Shown: positions 42,614 to 58,411, counted from the first letter of the stretch. The stretch is DNA of 64,000 nucleotides from Octopus vulgaris (GCA_951406725.2 OX597826.1:62620001-62684000); one strand, 5' to 3'. Notes: generated from the sequence alone by a model not told the origin. A program made the numbers and translations.

Positions 42614-42659
42614 ATTTTTAGCACTAGAGTTAACCACTTAACGGTAACTCTCTTATATT

Positions 42660-42705
<46 letters not shown>

Positions 42706-43078
42706 TGTATATGCATTTATACATTTATGTATACAGGTCAGACCCTTCAAAGCTGTGTCTCAGCATCAGTAACTAAAACGAGTAATATATTTAAAATATT
42801 TGCTAATAGAATCAGGAATGAAAACGCATTATATTTATGCTTTTCATCACATTTTTATCACAGCTCGGGTTCCTAAAATTTAATATCATTTCAACCCAGC
42901 AGATCATATGTGTTGCATGCAATACGCACACAGACACACGTACGTATACTTACAAAAAATATAACTACATTTATATTTATGTATGAGTATGTGTGTGTGT
43001 ATACATATATATGTTGCATATGCAAATATGTAAGCTATTTATATAAGCATATATGAATAGATATACACATGTATATAC

Positions 43079-43186
<108 letters not shown>

Positions 43187-43879
43187 TTTATATATGAACA
43201 TATAAAATTAAATTTACAATTTTGATAAGAACAATAACGATATCATTGCATTCAATGCATCTTATAAATTAAAATATCTATTCTTTATATGATAATTGTT
43301 GACGGGGAGGTTTTGGTGTTGAGGAGAAGTTGTTGAGGAGAGGAGGTAGAGTTGAGGAAGAAGACGTATCCAAATTATATTTTCTCACTTTACTTTTCTT
43401 TAACCTTATTATCTATAACTGGTTTTCCACAATTACCTTAGCTCGGCACATAACTTTCATATTTCTCTTTACATACTTTAACCTAAAACAGTTTCTCAAC
43501 CAAATCCCCGAGGAAAACTACTACTGCTACTACTACTATCATACGACTACTATTACTACTACTGCTACTACTACTACCATTACGACTACTATTACGACTA
43601 CTATTACTACTACTGCTATTACACGCGTATTTATTACGCTACAAAAAATAAGTACTTTTATAAAATCATATTTCGGTTGTTTACAGTTTAATAAAAGTGA
43701 TGTATGTTTATGAAATACTGATAAAGTGATTTACTAAGAATTTTATGATATCAAGCCTCTAAGCACATATCACTCATCGAACAAAGAAGATGAAAGCATG
43801 TAATATCCCCTTTATAATGTAATTCTGTGCTTTAAGATTTGCTTAATGTTCTCATTGCTCAGCAAGCCTCACACCATCT

Positions 43880-44140
43880 GAAGACATTACGAGAAAGTAG
43901 AAATGCAAAGCGGTTAATGACTTCAAGAGGGATTTAACGCAACGCATGAATGATTTCAGATGCATACATGCAGAATCTCCGGCTACTTATCGCACTTCAT
44001 TTGAAAAAATATATTTCGCAACTTCAGATCAAGCATCCTCGACGGGGCTTCACCTTCTGCACCCAGTGTTCACGATCTCAATTCGTTTTCGAAGTAAATG
44101 ATCTTTCAATAGATCAAGACAATTTTGTGTAATTTTTCGT
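43880..44140 (+). mobile_element. Possible hAT (GTF2IRD2/Charlie-like) transposase remnant
   Basis: VNDFKRDLTQRMNDFRCI...LLIALH weakly resembles the LxxEFxxRFxDF...LxAxPF region. Confidence 0.25.
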
Positions 44141-44227
44141 ATATGTTCATGTCTTTCTAGCAACAACTCGATCTTGAGTACACACCCACACACCCACGCG
44201 CCAAAATCACACATATATTGTACTTTT

Positions 44228-44269
<42 letters not shown>

Positions 44270-44274
<5 letters not shown>

Positions 44275-44474
44275 ACCGCGTGTGTACCGTTGGCGATTTT
44301 TTTCCCTCTGTCTTCCCTTATCTGGATCTTTCCTTCTCCCATGTTTCCGACGAAGAGCTCCGCTCGAAACGTTAAACCATCCTTCCTTCCTTCTTTCCTG
44401 AGCGTCCAATAATACTATATTTGTTCTACGTCCTCGCGTTGTTGTGTTTTTTGTGCTTTCTTGTTTGGATTAAC

Positions 44475-44475
<1 letters not shown>
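44270..44475 (+). mobile_element. Second copy of the hammerhead-bearing Penelope-like terminal repeat
   Basis: atgttt-CCGACGA-A-GAGC-TCC-GCTC-GAAACGTTA-aaccat at 44341-44380; tail ttcctgagcgtccaataa...cgtcctcgcgttgttgtg as in the 42380 copy. Confidence 0.65.
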
Positions 44476-44520
<45 letters not shown>

Positions 44521-44554
44521 AATATATATACTTACTTGTAAACACATAGACACG

Positions 44555-45330
<776 letters not shown>

Positions 45331-45722
45331 GGAAGATATATATATAAATACAAATTTTATATACATTCTATATATTCGATCATAGGTTACAAATTATAAT
45401 TATATTATATGGCGTCCATAACACTAACTTTTATATTACGTTTCGAACAATATGTTAAAATTATAGAGCGACAGCTATTTTCCGGTTTTCCGTTCGGAAT
45501 TATAGTGAAAGGGTTTACCATTTGTGAAGTTGTTGTTTTTTTTCTATTTTAGGCTTTGGAAAACGAACCAGATGTTCATTAGGCTAGAGGCATTTTAGCA
45601 TGAAAATTTAGAATCTGAATATAGAAAAATATCCCATCATGTGAAAATGCTTGCGTTCGTGTGTTTGTCACTTTCCTTCTAACATCATCTCTCACAGTCT
45701 CTTTCTCTCCCCCACTCTCTCC

Positions 45723-45818
<96 letters not shown>

Positions 45819-45834
45819 ATATATATATATATAT

Positions 45835-45919
<85 letters not shown>

Positions 45920-46167
45920 GGTATATATATATGTCTATATATATATATATATATATGTCCATGTACAATGAATGTATGCATATATCTAAATACACACATA
46001 AATACATACGTTCATGCATAGATACATATACACACTCATATGTGTGTACATAGCTGTCGTTTTGTATCCGTACGTGTATATCTGCTTGTTTTTTTATTTA
46101 TTATTATTCAAGGTATATAACAAGGAAAATATAATTAAATACCTCACGCTGATTCATGAGCATGCAT

Positions 46168-46243
<76 letters not shown>

Positions 46244-46431
46244 GGTCTATTTCATTACAATATTTTAAAAATATATTCGTATCCACTAACGTCACATATT
46301 TGAGTTTAGCGTTCGCTTTTCACATCCAGTTTAATTAAGAGTCTTTGTTGGGCTTGACAATATTTGATGTGACAGCGCCCAATAATCAAGTCGAAAATAT
46401 ATTTCGGCCTATTTTATTGGAGTCAGCTTAC

Positions 46432-46554
46432 TTTTTTAATATTATTCCTCTTTTCGTTTGCATTTCGAAACCAGATCCCATATTTTTCAAGGACACACAG
46501 ATCCCTTTCAACGTGTTGTAGTCTCCACCAGAAGGAGCCTGCACAGATGAATCC
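46432..46554 (-). CDS. Candidate internal coding exon (123 bp)
   Basis: Acceptor ..ttataccacag and donor AAA|gtaagc; length divisible by 3; two open frames: GFICAGSFWWRLQHVERDLCVLEKYGIWFRNANEKRNNIKK or DSSVQAPSGGDYNTLKGICVSLKNMGSGFEMQTKRGIILK. Confidence 0.45.
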
Positions 46555-47892
46555 CTGTGGTATAATTTATAAAATGCTATAAGTGATTCCATTTTATTTA
46601 TTCAGTAATCATAGAAAAGTTAGGTATTCACTATTCGGTTGACCCCTTTCTATCTACAGAATACTTTTGGTCAGTTTTGAGTGAGCAAATTTATTATCAA
46701 ATTATTTATGACTCGAGTCGTAAGTTTCCTAGCGCTGGTGACATGCTCTTCGTGGTTTATGAGTAACCGGGATCATGACCTTCCCACTGAGCGGGACACC
46801 ACATCGTCGCTGGTTTACTCATTTAAAATTGAGTGAACTAGGGAAACATCACATGAAGTGTTTTGCTTGCGAATGCAATGGACTGCTCGGTTCGGTAACC
46901 CAGGATCTTGTGATCATGTGTGCAATACACTAAACACTGGTCTTCCAACCATATCTCGGACAATACAATAACCGTGTGGATGCAACTGCGGTTAAATGTG
47001 CTTGCGTGGGATTAAATGAAGGCTCCTTGACTGGCAATAAGAGCTAGTTACATGGTGTAATTATATTTGTTGCAAACCTCGTATGTTTTATTAATATTTT
47101 ATTACTTTCCTTTTGTGATATTACAGGTTAACTTATGTGTTAATTCGATCAAATAATGACTAATATATAGCTATAACTCTCTTGATTAGCATATAGTTAC
47201 AACACTATACAGCTATCATACCCTTTGGTTAAATAATCCTCTTTGAAAATCTGGTTTATCAATATATTGCTGAGCCATATAATATAATATAATATAATAT
47301 AATATATAACGTATGATATAATATATTTTCTATGAAAGCTCTTAAATAGAGACGATTAAAAGTGTACTGCAGGACGTTCATCTTGCTTAGCAATCTCATG
47401 AAGTAAAAATGATTTTAAAATTGTTTTTTTCTGAAATTGGTTGTATTTCTTGAATGTAACAAGTTTTCATTCATCTGGTTACTTCATGAAGTAGTAATAA
47501 ATTATGCGCCACCTACCTCTTTCTCGCTTATTCTTCAACAACCTGATCTCTGGTCAAAAGATACAGCTGAAAAATGTGCTTTGTAACAGTCTATAGTCTA
47601 TGTATCTGGTCTTATAATTTGGATATATTTTAAACTTTCTTTCCTTCTCTCTTTCTCTCCGATGCACAGGTTTGCGTAAACGTAACTATAATTGCTTCTC
47701 TATATTCTAATAAACATATTTTTTCCAATTTTTTAGTAAATATAAAATGTGCTTCTGTGGCTAAAAGAGTACTTAGACACTTATTTCTAATAATGCTGGT
47801 GCTCCCTGCATCCTTCGTCATATTTTAGTGGCGGTGAATTATTTACTTTTCTTGTTTTGAATTGCATCTAGCCGCCTTTATACATACATACA

Positions 47893-47939
<47 letters not shown>

Positions 47940-47959
47940 CAGTCGCCATGATATATATA

Positions 47960-48140
47960 TATATCAGTAGCCACTACACACATTTTTTTCTCCCTTGTTT
48001 CTCTTCGTGTCCCTTTCTGTAGAAGAGCGTAGGCTCGAAACGTAAAAGACTTTTTCTATTCCTGAGCGTTATACTAATACATCTATTTGTTTTGTACACC
48101 ACCTGTCTTCGTCTTTTGTTTTTTTCGTAAACTCTCCCTA
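47960..48140 (+). mobile_element. Related Penelope-like terminal repeat with a hammerhead-like motif (A6U core variant)
   Basis: cttt-CTGTAGA-A-GAGC-GTAG-GCTC-GAAACGTA-aaag at 48013-48048, followed by ttcctgagcgt as in the other copies; flanked by (TA)n. Confidence 0.55.
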
Positions 48141-48142
48141 TG

Positions 48143-48198
<56 letters not shown>

Positions 48199-48745
48199 CG
48201 TGTGGGTATGTATGTATGTATGTATGTATGTATGTATGTATGTGTGTATGTAGATTACATTCGATTACAGCACCAGTAACAGTTAAGCTTCGTGCAATGG
48301 TCATACTCGATAACGAGGGGGAAGCTGTCATGTATGTATGTGTATATGTGTGTGTATATGTATGTAAGTATATATGTATGTATGTATGTATGTACGTAAT
48401 AGCAATAATCCTAGGATGGAATTTGTAAATATTCAATGCATCGCAACGCGCCTGTCCAGAAATCACATGGCTCCAAGATAATCAATGACTAAGTAAACAG
48501 AGTTAAGAACACGCTATTAAACTGTAGAAACGTGCGTAGCGATGAGTTATAAAGTTCACCCTAGTATTATTGTTATTATTATTATTATATTTATCCTACA
48601 TTATATCAGTAGAACTTGATGCAACCCCAAAAAACTGGTTCACTAGTCAGCATCATTAAACCGATGGCCGGCATAATGGAATAGGCGCTTCACTTAAATT
48701 TTTAAGACGTTACCAATAAACAAATTTCAAAGATATACGTGTGTG

Positions 48746-48813
<68 letters not shown>

Positions 48814-49516
48814 TGTGTGTATGTGTGTGTGTACACTCTAACGAATGGTAGTAGGCTAAAACGTTGAAGTTTTCTGACAAGAGTACTTTAGAAAAAAGTA
48901 CTGAATAATTCTTCACATTAATGCTAAATTTTTCTTATATATAACTTGACATAAAAAGCAAACATTAATGCATGCGTTACTTTGTGTGTAAAATCGTGCG
49001 TATACATTAGGCTTTAATGGAGTTGACATCGAGAACATCATGAAAGATATTTGTTTCTTTCTAAGAAAAAAAAAAAATCTATATCCCTTGTTGCAGCCGA
49101 TATTATTTTTGTCTATATGTAGTACCGCTGTGCCCCAGTTAAGTCAACTGCTAATCATTCGTTTAATTTTTCTTTCTGAAAGAAACCTTATGATTTCCAG
49201 TTTGGGGATCCTTGAAAAGGTCAACGAGATATACGTATGTCTCTGGGTCTGCGTTTTTTGTGCAGGGATGTGTGTGTGTAGGTGTATGTTAAGCGCGCGT
49301 AAGCGAGTGTAAGTATGAATGTGTGTGAGCGAGCGCGAGATAGAAAGAACGTGTGTGAATTGTATGGGTGTGCCTGAGTATGTGTTGGTATGTTTTTGTG
49401 CATAAAAATGTGTTTTCAAAGAAAACCTTTAAATATATTTCTCCTTCACTTGTTTTCCTGTTTTACTTTTTATTTCTCAAGTTCTTCCTTCAGATTGCTT
49501 TTAGTATGAATTCTTA

Positions 49517-49597
<81 letters not shown>

Positions 49598-49614
49598 ATA
49601 TATACATACATATA

Positions 49615-49685
<71 letters not shown>

Positions 49686-49745
49686 ACATACATTTGTATA
49701 CATACATACATATATATATGTATATATATATGTATATATATACAA

Positions 49746-49784
<39 letters not shown>

Positions 49785-49823
49785 AATACATACGTACATA
49801 CATATATATATATATATATAAAA

Positions 49824-49865
<42 letters not shown>

Positions 49866-50544
49866 CCTATGCTTCATTTAAATTCCAGCTTTAAGGATTC
49901 ACTGCTTTTTGCTCAAGTGTCTGTACTTTAACTTGAAGAAATGCAGAGTGTTTGACTGCGTTGTTAACTTTCACGTAAATCTTATTTTAAGCGCAAGGCT
50001 AAACATGTTGGCATATACGGAAATCCATAAACTTTCCTAATTTCCGTGCATTTGGATCATAATCCACTATTATACATATATACCTATATATATACATATA
50101 TACCTTACACATTTAATGTTGTTTATTAATGAGACGGAAAATCAAACCTGTAGTTTTATTTCTTTGGTCTGCTATGAATACAGCTTTACCAAATGAAGGA
50201 GATGTTGTGAAATACATTCAGAGGTGTGCAGAATCGTTAGAGCATCGGACAAAATGCCCTTTGTTATGTATTCCCGTTCGCTATAAAGAATTACAGGCCT
50301 TGTGCGGAAATTAGAAATTACTGTAAAAGATGGTGAACTAAATCGTGGACACATCGAGAAAATGCTTCACGGCATTTCATCTGGTTCTCTTCTTTCTGGG
50401 ATCCAATTCTTCCGGCGACATCACATGGTGATGAGGCAGCAGTCAAGTATTGGTACCAAGCAGTCGACTAACCCATTCCTCCAAACAGTTGCTGCCAAAA
50501 TTTAAAAGCCATTATTATCATATTTATTATTTTTACTACTACTG

Positions 50545-50642
<98 letters not shown>

Positions 50643-50643
<1 letters not shown>

Positions 50644-51005
50644 TTAGTAGAAAGTAGTAGCAGAAGTAGTGGGGGAGCATCATAGCCATGTGTTGAGAGG
50701 GATTCTTTGGGGTTTGAATAATTCACCTCTGGAAATATGGGTGGTTCTTTCAACATCCTTAAACAACCCTTATTCAGGGACCTTTTGAGCAGGATGGGCT
50801 ACTCAACCTGAAGAAAATTCTAACTGGGCCCCACCTGCAAGGTCATGTGCTGTTTATCTTGATATGAGATCACCATGTCGCGCACATATGGTTGTGATGC
50901 ATGTGCCTGGTGTACCCTTATCAGACGGGTAGTCATGATGGGTATACTGGGCTTCGTATATTTTACCCCAGTGTCACATTGATGGCATGAACTGCTCTCT
51001 CACTC
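50643..51005 (+). mobile_element. Probable 3' end of an (AAT)n-targeting retroelement (non-coding)
   Basis: Complex ~360-bp sequence bounded on both sides by (AAT)n in the same orientation; small hairpins (taccc..gggta). Confidence 0.45.
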
Positions 51006-51009
51006 AATG

Positions 51010-51058
<49 letters not shown>

Positions 51059-51059
51059 T

Positions 51060-51265
51060 AAGGCGACTAGTTGCTAGAATCGTTAGCACACCGAGAAAAA
51101 TGCTCAGCGGCATTTCGTCTGTCTCTATGTTCTGAGTTCCAATTCTGTCGAGTTCGACTTCGCATTTCATCCTTTTGAGATCGATAAATTAAGTATCAGT
51201 GAAATAATGGGGTTGAATTTATGGTCTAGTCCCCTCAAGATTTCAGGCGTTGTGCCTTTACTTGA
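51060..51265 (+). mobile_element. SINE B copy followed by a long (TTA)n
   Basis: Matches consensus; (TTA)n at 51267-51423. Confidence 0.8.
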
Positions 51266-51266
51266 A

Positions 51267-51425
<159 letters not shown>

Positions 51426-53570
51426 TTACTATTTGCCATCCTTGGCTGATCTAATGCGAGAATTATTCATTATATAATTAAAAATCATCACAAAAAGTTC
51501 TTTGAGAGGAAATTGGTTGTTAGTGTGTGTGCATGTGTGTGTGTGCGTGCGTGCGTGCGTGTCTTCTGTGTGTGCATGACCTTTAAATTCTTCTACATAC
51601 ATAATTATACAGAACGTATTATTACAAGTAATAATTATCTATCAGTGGATCATGGGAGTGAAAGAATATTATCTTCATTACTCATTTATAATTTTATATA
51701 CCTGATTAGCTTATTTATTTATCTCATGACTGGTTTCATGAAATATTTTCGTTGTCTAGATCAGGTAAACCAAGTGGGAAAAAATCATTTGAACCAGGCA
51801 ATTAACGTTAACGATTTTGTCCATTGAGTGGAGCTTCAATGCCACACTTTAACCTGCGAAGAATAGCAGACAAATCATATTCTACCGTCTTGAATGTAGG
51901 AATTTTATCATGTAATCCTATATACTTTCAAATCTATTCTTCAATATAAGGTTAGAAAGTTTTATACATAATTGAAAAGAGTATATTGAATAATGTATAC
52001 CTGGTAAAATTTGCAATCGTTCCTTTACAGAAGTGACGGAAATTTCAGGGTTAGATAGTCTTTCATTATAGCTCAACTTGATCTATTCCACACCTTGCTT
52101 AAAAATCCACAACATTGTACAGGGATTTCGAAATTTCATTTCATATAATTACATATATTCCTCTTCCTTTCAACCGATTGTTATTGTTATGGAAAAGGGT
52201 TGATGCCCCCCCTCCCCTTCCAACTGCTCAGCCCAGTTTGGATTAAATGTGTATATATATTTTATAGTGTATATTTTGTATCAACGATGTAATGTAATTA
52301 ACAAATTCTTAATTACTCCATTCTGAAGAGATTCAAAAGGCATGATGTATTTCCTTCCATATACGAATATTAATGAGTTTATTGCAGAAACGAAAACAAA
52401 TAAATTAATGGAGAAAATTTATGATATAACTTCATTTCATTGAACTTAAATTTACTTCGTCACGGAAATTTTTTTTAAAAATAATAAAAAAAACACTTAT
52501 AACAATATTATTCTTTTCTTTGCTATAGAATGGAATGGTAAGCCGATGAATGGAAATGAAGCTTTAAATAAATGATTCTGATTGCCAAAAGCTATAGATT
52601 GTACTATCGTTTGGAAGGTATTTTAGTGTTGTTTCGAAGGTACTGGTATGCTGTTGCCATTGCTATTTTTCTCTCTGTTTTTCTTTACAAACATGTCAAC
52701 TCCGACCGATTTAAATAAAGACCAACTGTATTAAGATGGCCAGCTCTACTTAATTACGGTTACATTCTATACCTAACCACCTTATCTTATTCATTGAGAC
52801 AATTTTAGATGTTAAAGCGAGCCACAATTGTGCTGAATATGAAAGTGTCGAGGATGAAGCTTGTAATGTTATGTGGTAGCGGAGTTTCATGTGCTAATGT
52901 ACGCTATCGTGGCGATATGGCAGTCATGGTAGTTGCATTCTTAAGAGTGCGGTTGTTATTATAGACCCATGAGAATTCAAACAGAGCTACCTTATGAGAC
53001 AATGGCAGTTGACAAAATGTTTTATTACCAGCCATTACTCTATATTCCTTATACATAATCAACTGATGTTTAATAGAAAATAGGAAATGCTGACTAAGAA
53101 TCGTTTCGTTCAATTAGATTTAATTTATTATATAAGGGTATCAAGTGAGAAGATATTATTTGAAGTGATTTCAACTTAAAGTGATTTGTCGTTTTATGGA
53201 CTAATTTATTGGATTGCAACTTTCTGGGAAATAAAACGCTACTTTCCAGTAATTTACAGCTTTTCGGAGAATTAATTGTTATCACTGAAGTGCCTCCCAA
53301 AATTACAGAGTTCGTAACTAAACTGAAAATAAACACACACACATACACACGCATAGACATACACATATATTATATACGCAAGACACACATATGCGCGCGC
53401 ATGTCTGTATATGACTGTGTATGTGTATGTATGTGTGTAATATATATGTAAGAATGGTGGAGACGCAAAAGGAAGTGACACTCGACACATTTGACTGGAG
53501 TTACATAATGACAGTCTGTTACAGCTCCACACTACTTATATTACATCGAACCGATTTAAAATTGCTAAAG

Positions 53571-53611
<41 letters not shown>

Positions 53612-53612
<1 letters not shown>

Positions 53613-53900
53613 GTGGACGCGCAATGTGCCAGTAGTTAGGGCAGCGGACTCACAGTCAGAGGATTGCGTTGTATGTGTTTATTGAGCGAAAACACCTAAA
53701 GCTCCACGAGACTCCGATAGGGGGAGGTGGCGACACCTGTTGTACTCTTTCGCCCCAACTTTCTCTCACTTTTTTTCCTGTTTCTTGAGTAACGCTGCGA
53801 TGGACTGGCGTCCCGTCAAGCTGGGGGAAACACAAGCGCCACAGAAACCGGAAAACCAGGCCCATGAGCATGGCTAAGCTTGAAAAGAGCGCATAAATAA
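53612..53900 (+). mobile_element. tRNA-derived SINE related to family C (V-like domain)
   Basis: gagcgaaaacacctaaagctccacg...ctgcgatggactggcgtcccgtc; related to 55790-56025. Confidence 0.7.
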
Positions 53901-54386
53901 TATATATATATATATAAAACTCCTATTCCAGTCATTAAACTACAACAAAGCTAGGGGAACGCATAGAAGGTTTTTTAGTTGAAAAGGTATGACGGAGTTT
54001 TACTGAAACTAGGTGGGTCAGAAGAAGACGCCCTAGTAAACAGCAACTCTATAAATGCACACACACGCAGGTACACACGCTGACACACACGCAAACACAA
54101 ACACACACACACACATATGCATGTATGTATGTATATCTATTTATAATTGTAGATCAGTTATATTGTTTTATAATTTTTTTATATAAAAACAAGATTTCTA
54201 ATTAAAGCCGAAGGATGACTTCATGAGTTTCAATGGAATACATATTTATCAACCTTGTACAAAGAGAACTCTGTCTTCGCGGTTTCGGCGTTCTCGTTGA
54301 AATATACGAGTGTATGTATAAGTGAGACTGTGTATGTGAGTGTGTCTAACTATTTTCAGACGGACACACGAAAACATATAAATATC

Positions 54387-54501
<115 letters not shown>

Positions 54502-54803
54502 CATGTGCGAGTACGTGTGTGTATGTATGTATATATGTATGCATCTATGTATGTATGTATGTATGTATGCATATACATGTGTTTAAAAGTTTGGCTTTCT
54601 GCTTACTGAGATTTGGTAGAATAATTTTTCCTGGACATAGTTTGACTATATAAGTATGTATATGCGTACATGCGTATGAACATCACCCAGCACACATAAA
54701 CACAAGGCCTCTCACTCTCTCTCACTTTCTTTTTTTACATACACACATCTTTGTACACACATACATATATACATATATCTATATATGTGCGCGTGTTTGT
54801 CTG

Positions 54804-54929
<126 letters not shown>

Positions 54930-55727
54930 TAGATATACATATATATATATATATATATACAGAGAGAGAGAGAGGGAGAAATACATATATATATATACAT
55001 ATATATATATTCATTCGCTCCTCTATATCTATATTGATATGTGTGCGTATGTATGTATATATGTATGTGTCAGTTTAACTGCCAGAAATATTAGATCTGT
55101 ATTGATTTTCAATAAAAACCAAAATGATTTATACAACAGCTGCTTTCCTCTAACCTACCTTATATTACAGCTATTTTTTTTTATTGTCTTTAGTTTTGAT
55201 GTTATGTTCTTGAAATAAATATACACTTCATGATGATCTCGTGGATATTTATATTTTGGCTTTTGCTGCTGAGATTTGTAATTTTGTTGGTGATGATAAT
55301 GATGTGGTAACTGCATGGTTTCTGGTATTATTGATGGTAGTAGTAGTAGTAGTATTGTTGTTGCTTAAAGTGCTTGTTGCAGCAATAGAGATGTAGGTGG
55401 TTCTGCGTTGGGGAGGAAAGTGGATGATGCCGTATTTAGTGATTGCATTGGAAATGGTGCTGGTGGTGGTGGTAGTGTTGGCGATGGACTACATGATAAT
55501 TGAGGCGACTTTAACTGGTCAATTTAATATATTTCGTTCTATTTATTGACACAGAATTTGTGTCAATAAATCCTGATGTATATTCTGTATACACACACAC
55601 AACAGACATACACACACACACGTATGTGTGTGTAGGTATATAGATAGATAGACATGTATAGATACACATATCTACATATATATATGTGTAGGTAGATTAT
55701 AGATATATATACAGATAGATACACATA

Positions 55728-55780
<53 letters not shown>

Positions 55781-55789
55781 GTATATATT

Positions 55790-56025
55790 GTTGCTTGTTT
55801 CTTGTCGAGCCATCCATTGCAGGTGAGCTGCAAGATGCAGGAGGAAAGAGTGAGAGAGAGTTAAGGTGAAAGAAACAGCAGAAGTTCGTCATTACCTTCT
55901 GCCGGAGCCGCGTGGAACCTAGGTGTTTTCGCTCATGAACACACACATCGTCCGGTCTGAGATTCGAACACGCGATCCCTCGACCGCGATTCCGGTGCTC
56001 AAACCACTAGGCCATGTGCCTCCAC
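55790..56025 (-). mobile_element. tRNA-derived SINE related to the 53612 copy
   Basis: Reverse complement ggaggcacatggcctagtggt...gtgttcgaatc...gagcgaaaacacctaggttccacgcggctccggcag. Confidence 0.75.
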
Positions 56026-56840
56026 ACACACATACTCCACACACACACACACACACACTATACACACATATATATAAATAATCATAATATAACAAACGAT
56101 AGATAATTGAGCTGACAATATATCTATATATATATATTATATATATATATATATATATAACGCGTCGAGTGAATACTAACATTAACGATGGATAATTGAG
56201 CTGTATTTCGTCTGCCGTTACGTTCTGGGTTCAAACTTATTTATTTAATTATAACGCGGCGAGCTGGCAGAAACATTAGCACGCCGACCGAAATGCTTCG
56301 CTGTATTTCGTCTGTCTTTACTTTGCCTTTCATCCTTTGCCTTTCATACCTACTGAATCGATATAATCGACTGGCTCCCCCCAAAAGAAATTTCGGGCCT
56401 TGTGCCTAGAGTAGAAAAGATAATTAATTTAAATTATAATACACCAAGGGAACTAGAGTATACTAAAGCGTACTATTCGAAGTAACGCGCAATTTGAACC
56501 AGCCTCTTCGGCGTAAATGCTGATATGTTTGGTTTTCTCTGTGTACGCAACCGAAATATCCTCTCTGATATTTCGAATCTCACCTACTATAGGCTTGAAC
56601 CACAGAGATTAGCCTGGTGCATACGTTTTCAAGTACCTGATTATATCTGAATCCTCATCTAAATGTGCTTATGTTAGCAAATATATCTCTGACAGGCGAC
56701 AGAAACCGTGTCGCCTGGAATAGACCCGATACTATATTTAAATAACTTAGATAAACTTAGACTTAGATATGTTTCGACCAAAGATTGGTCCAGGCCATGT
56801 CTAACTTAATAGCACCACCTGATAGGATTATTCGAATCCT

Positions 56841-56966
56841 GTTTAAGTCAAGTTTTGTTTAAGTCAAGTTTTGTTTAAGTCAAGTTTTGTTCAAGAAGTG
56901 AGTTCTTGTTGGGTGAGTTGTATCAAGTTTTGTTCAAGTAGTGAGTTCTTGTTGGGTGAGTTGTAT
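56841..56966. repeat. Nested minisatellites: 17-bp x3, then 44-bp x2
   Basis: gtttaagtcaagttttg x3; caagttttgttcaag.agtgagttcttgttgggtgagttgtat x2. Confidence 0.85.
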
Positions 56967-57238
56967 CCAATTATGGGTGGCTTATCTGGTATTCTTTGAA
57001 GGAATCTATCCAGACTCAAATCTTGTTTCATTGCTTTTACATATAAACATAACGGAAATAATTATCAATACAAGCATGCACACACACACACACACACACA
57101 AACACATATATAAGGATTTATAAATATTTATATGTATACATACATACACACACACACGTATCTATATATATGGGTATATATATATATATATGTTTGTATG
57201 TATATGCATACATAGATAGATGGATAGATAGATAGATG

Positions 57239-57280
<42 letters not shown>

Positions 57281-57317
57281 CCTCCGTGCATACACACACA
57301 CACACATATGTATATGT

Positions 57318-57361
<44 letters not shown>

Positions 57362-57994
57362 TAATTTTAAGGGTAATATATGGATTCATAGAATTGTATG
57401 GCTATAAATATCTGACACTGGTATATATGTGTGTTTGTGTGTGTGCGTGTTTGTGTGTGGGTGTGTGTGAATGTATGTGTGTGCGTGTGTGTGTCTATAT
57501 ACATACGTATATACGTATGTATGTAAATATATACATGAATATATATATACATGCACATATATATGTAAGTATGTATATATGCATAATCATTTTTATAAGT
57601 GTCAAATTTTTAAGAATTCCACGATGTAATATTCATCATTAAATCTCGCGATAGAGACATCGAACAACGAGATTGCTTTATTATTTGTACTCTGTAGGCT
57701 TCGTGCATGCCTTATCATTGCTCATTGTTACATTGTAATGTAGACTGTTGACGGTGAACAATAGTCTCTTGAATCGAAGTGCTTTTAGAAAAAAGAATAA
57801 TAGATAGATGTTAAAAGAACAAAAACAAAAACAGAATAAAAAAACCGGATGCATACATACTTTCATACATACATATCTCTCTCGATATGTATATGTATAT
57901 GTATGCAACGTTAGCAACTATCCCCTTTCACCAAGCGTCAAATTGACAACATATTTTTCTGTCTTTTAATTCTTTTAATTATATATATATATAT

Positions 57995-58138
57995 GGTAAG
58001 TAGCTTGCTAACCAGCCACATGGTTCGGTTCAGTCCCACTGCGTGGCATCTTGGGCAAGTGTCTTCTGCTATAGCCTCGGGCCGACCAATGCCTTATGAG
58101 TGGATTTGGTAGACGGAAACTGAAAGAAGCCTGCCGTA

Positions 58139-58204
<66 letters not shown>

Positions 58205-58411
58205 CGTATGTGTTTGTGTGTTTGTCCACCTAGCATTGCTTGACAACCGATGCTGGTGTGTTTACGTCCCCGTCACTTAGCGGTTCGGCAAAAGAGACCG
58301 ATAGAATAAGTACTGGGCCTACAAAGAATAAGTCTCGGGGTCGATTTGGTCGACTAAAGGCGGTGGTCCAGCATGACCGCAGTCAAATGACTGAAACAAG
58401 TAAAAGATAAA
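57995..58411 (+). mobile_element. SINE family A, near full-length
   Basis: Collinear with 12150-12548; internal TA tract at about 58137-58220. Confidence 0.9.

Noticed and set aside
56841-56966. Short direct repeats as CRISPR or iterons
   Set aside because: Contiguous tandem duplications without spacers
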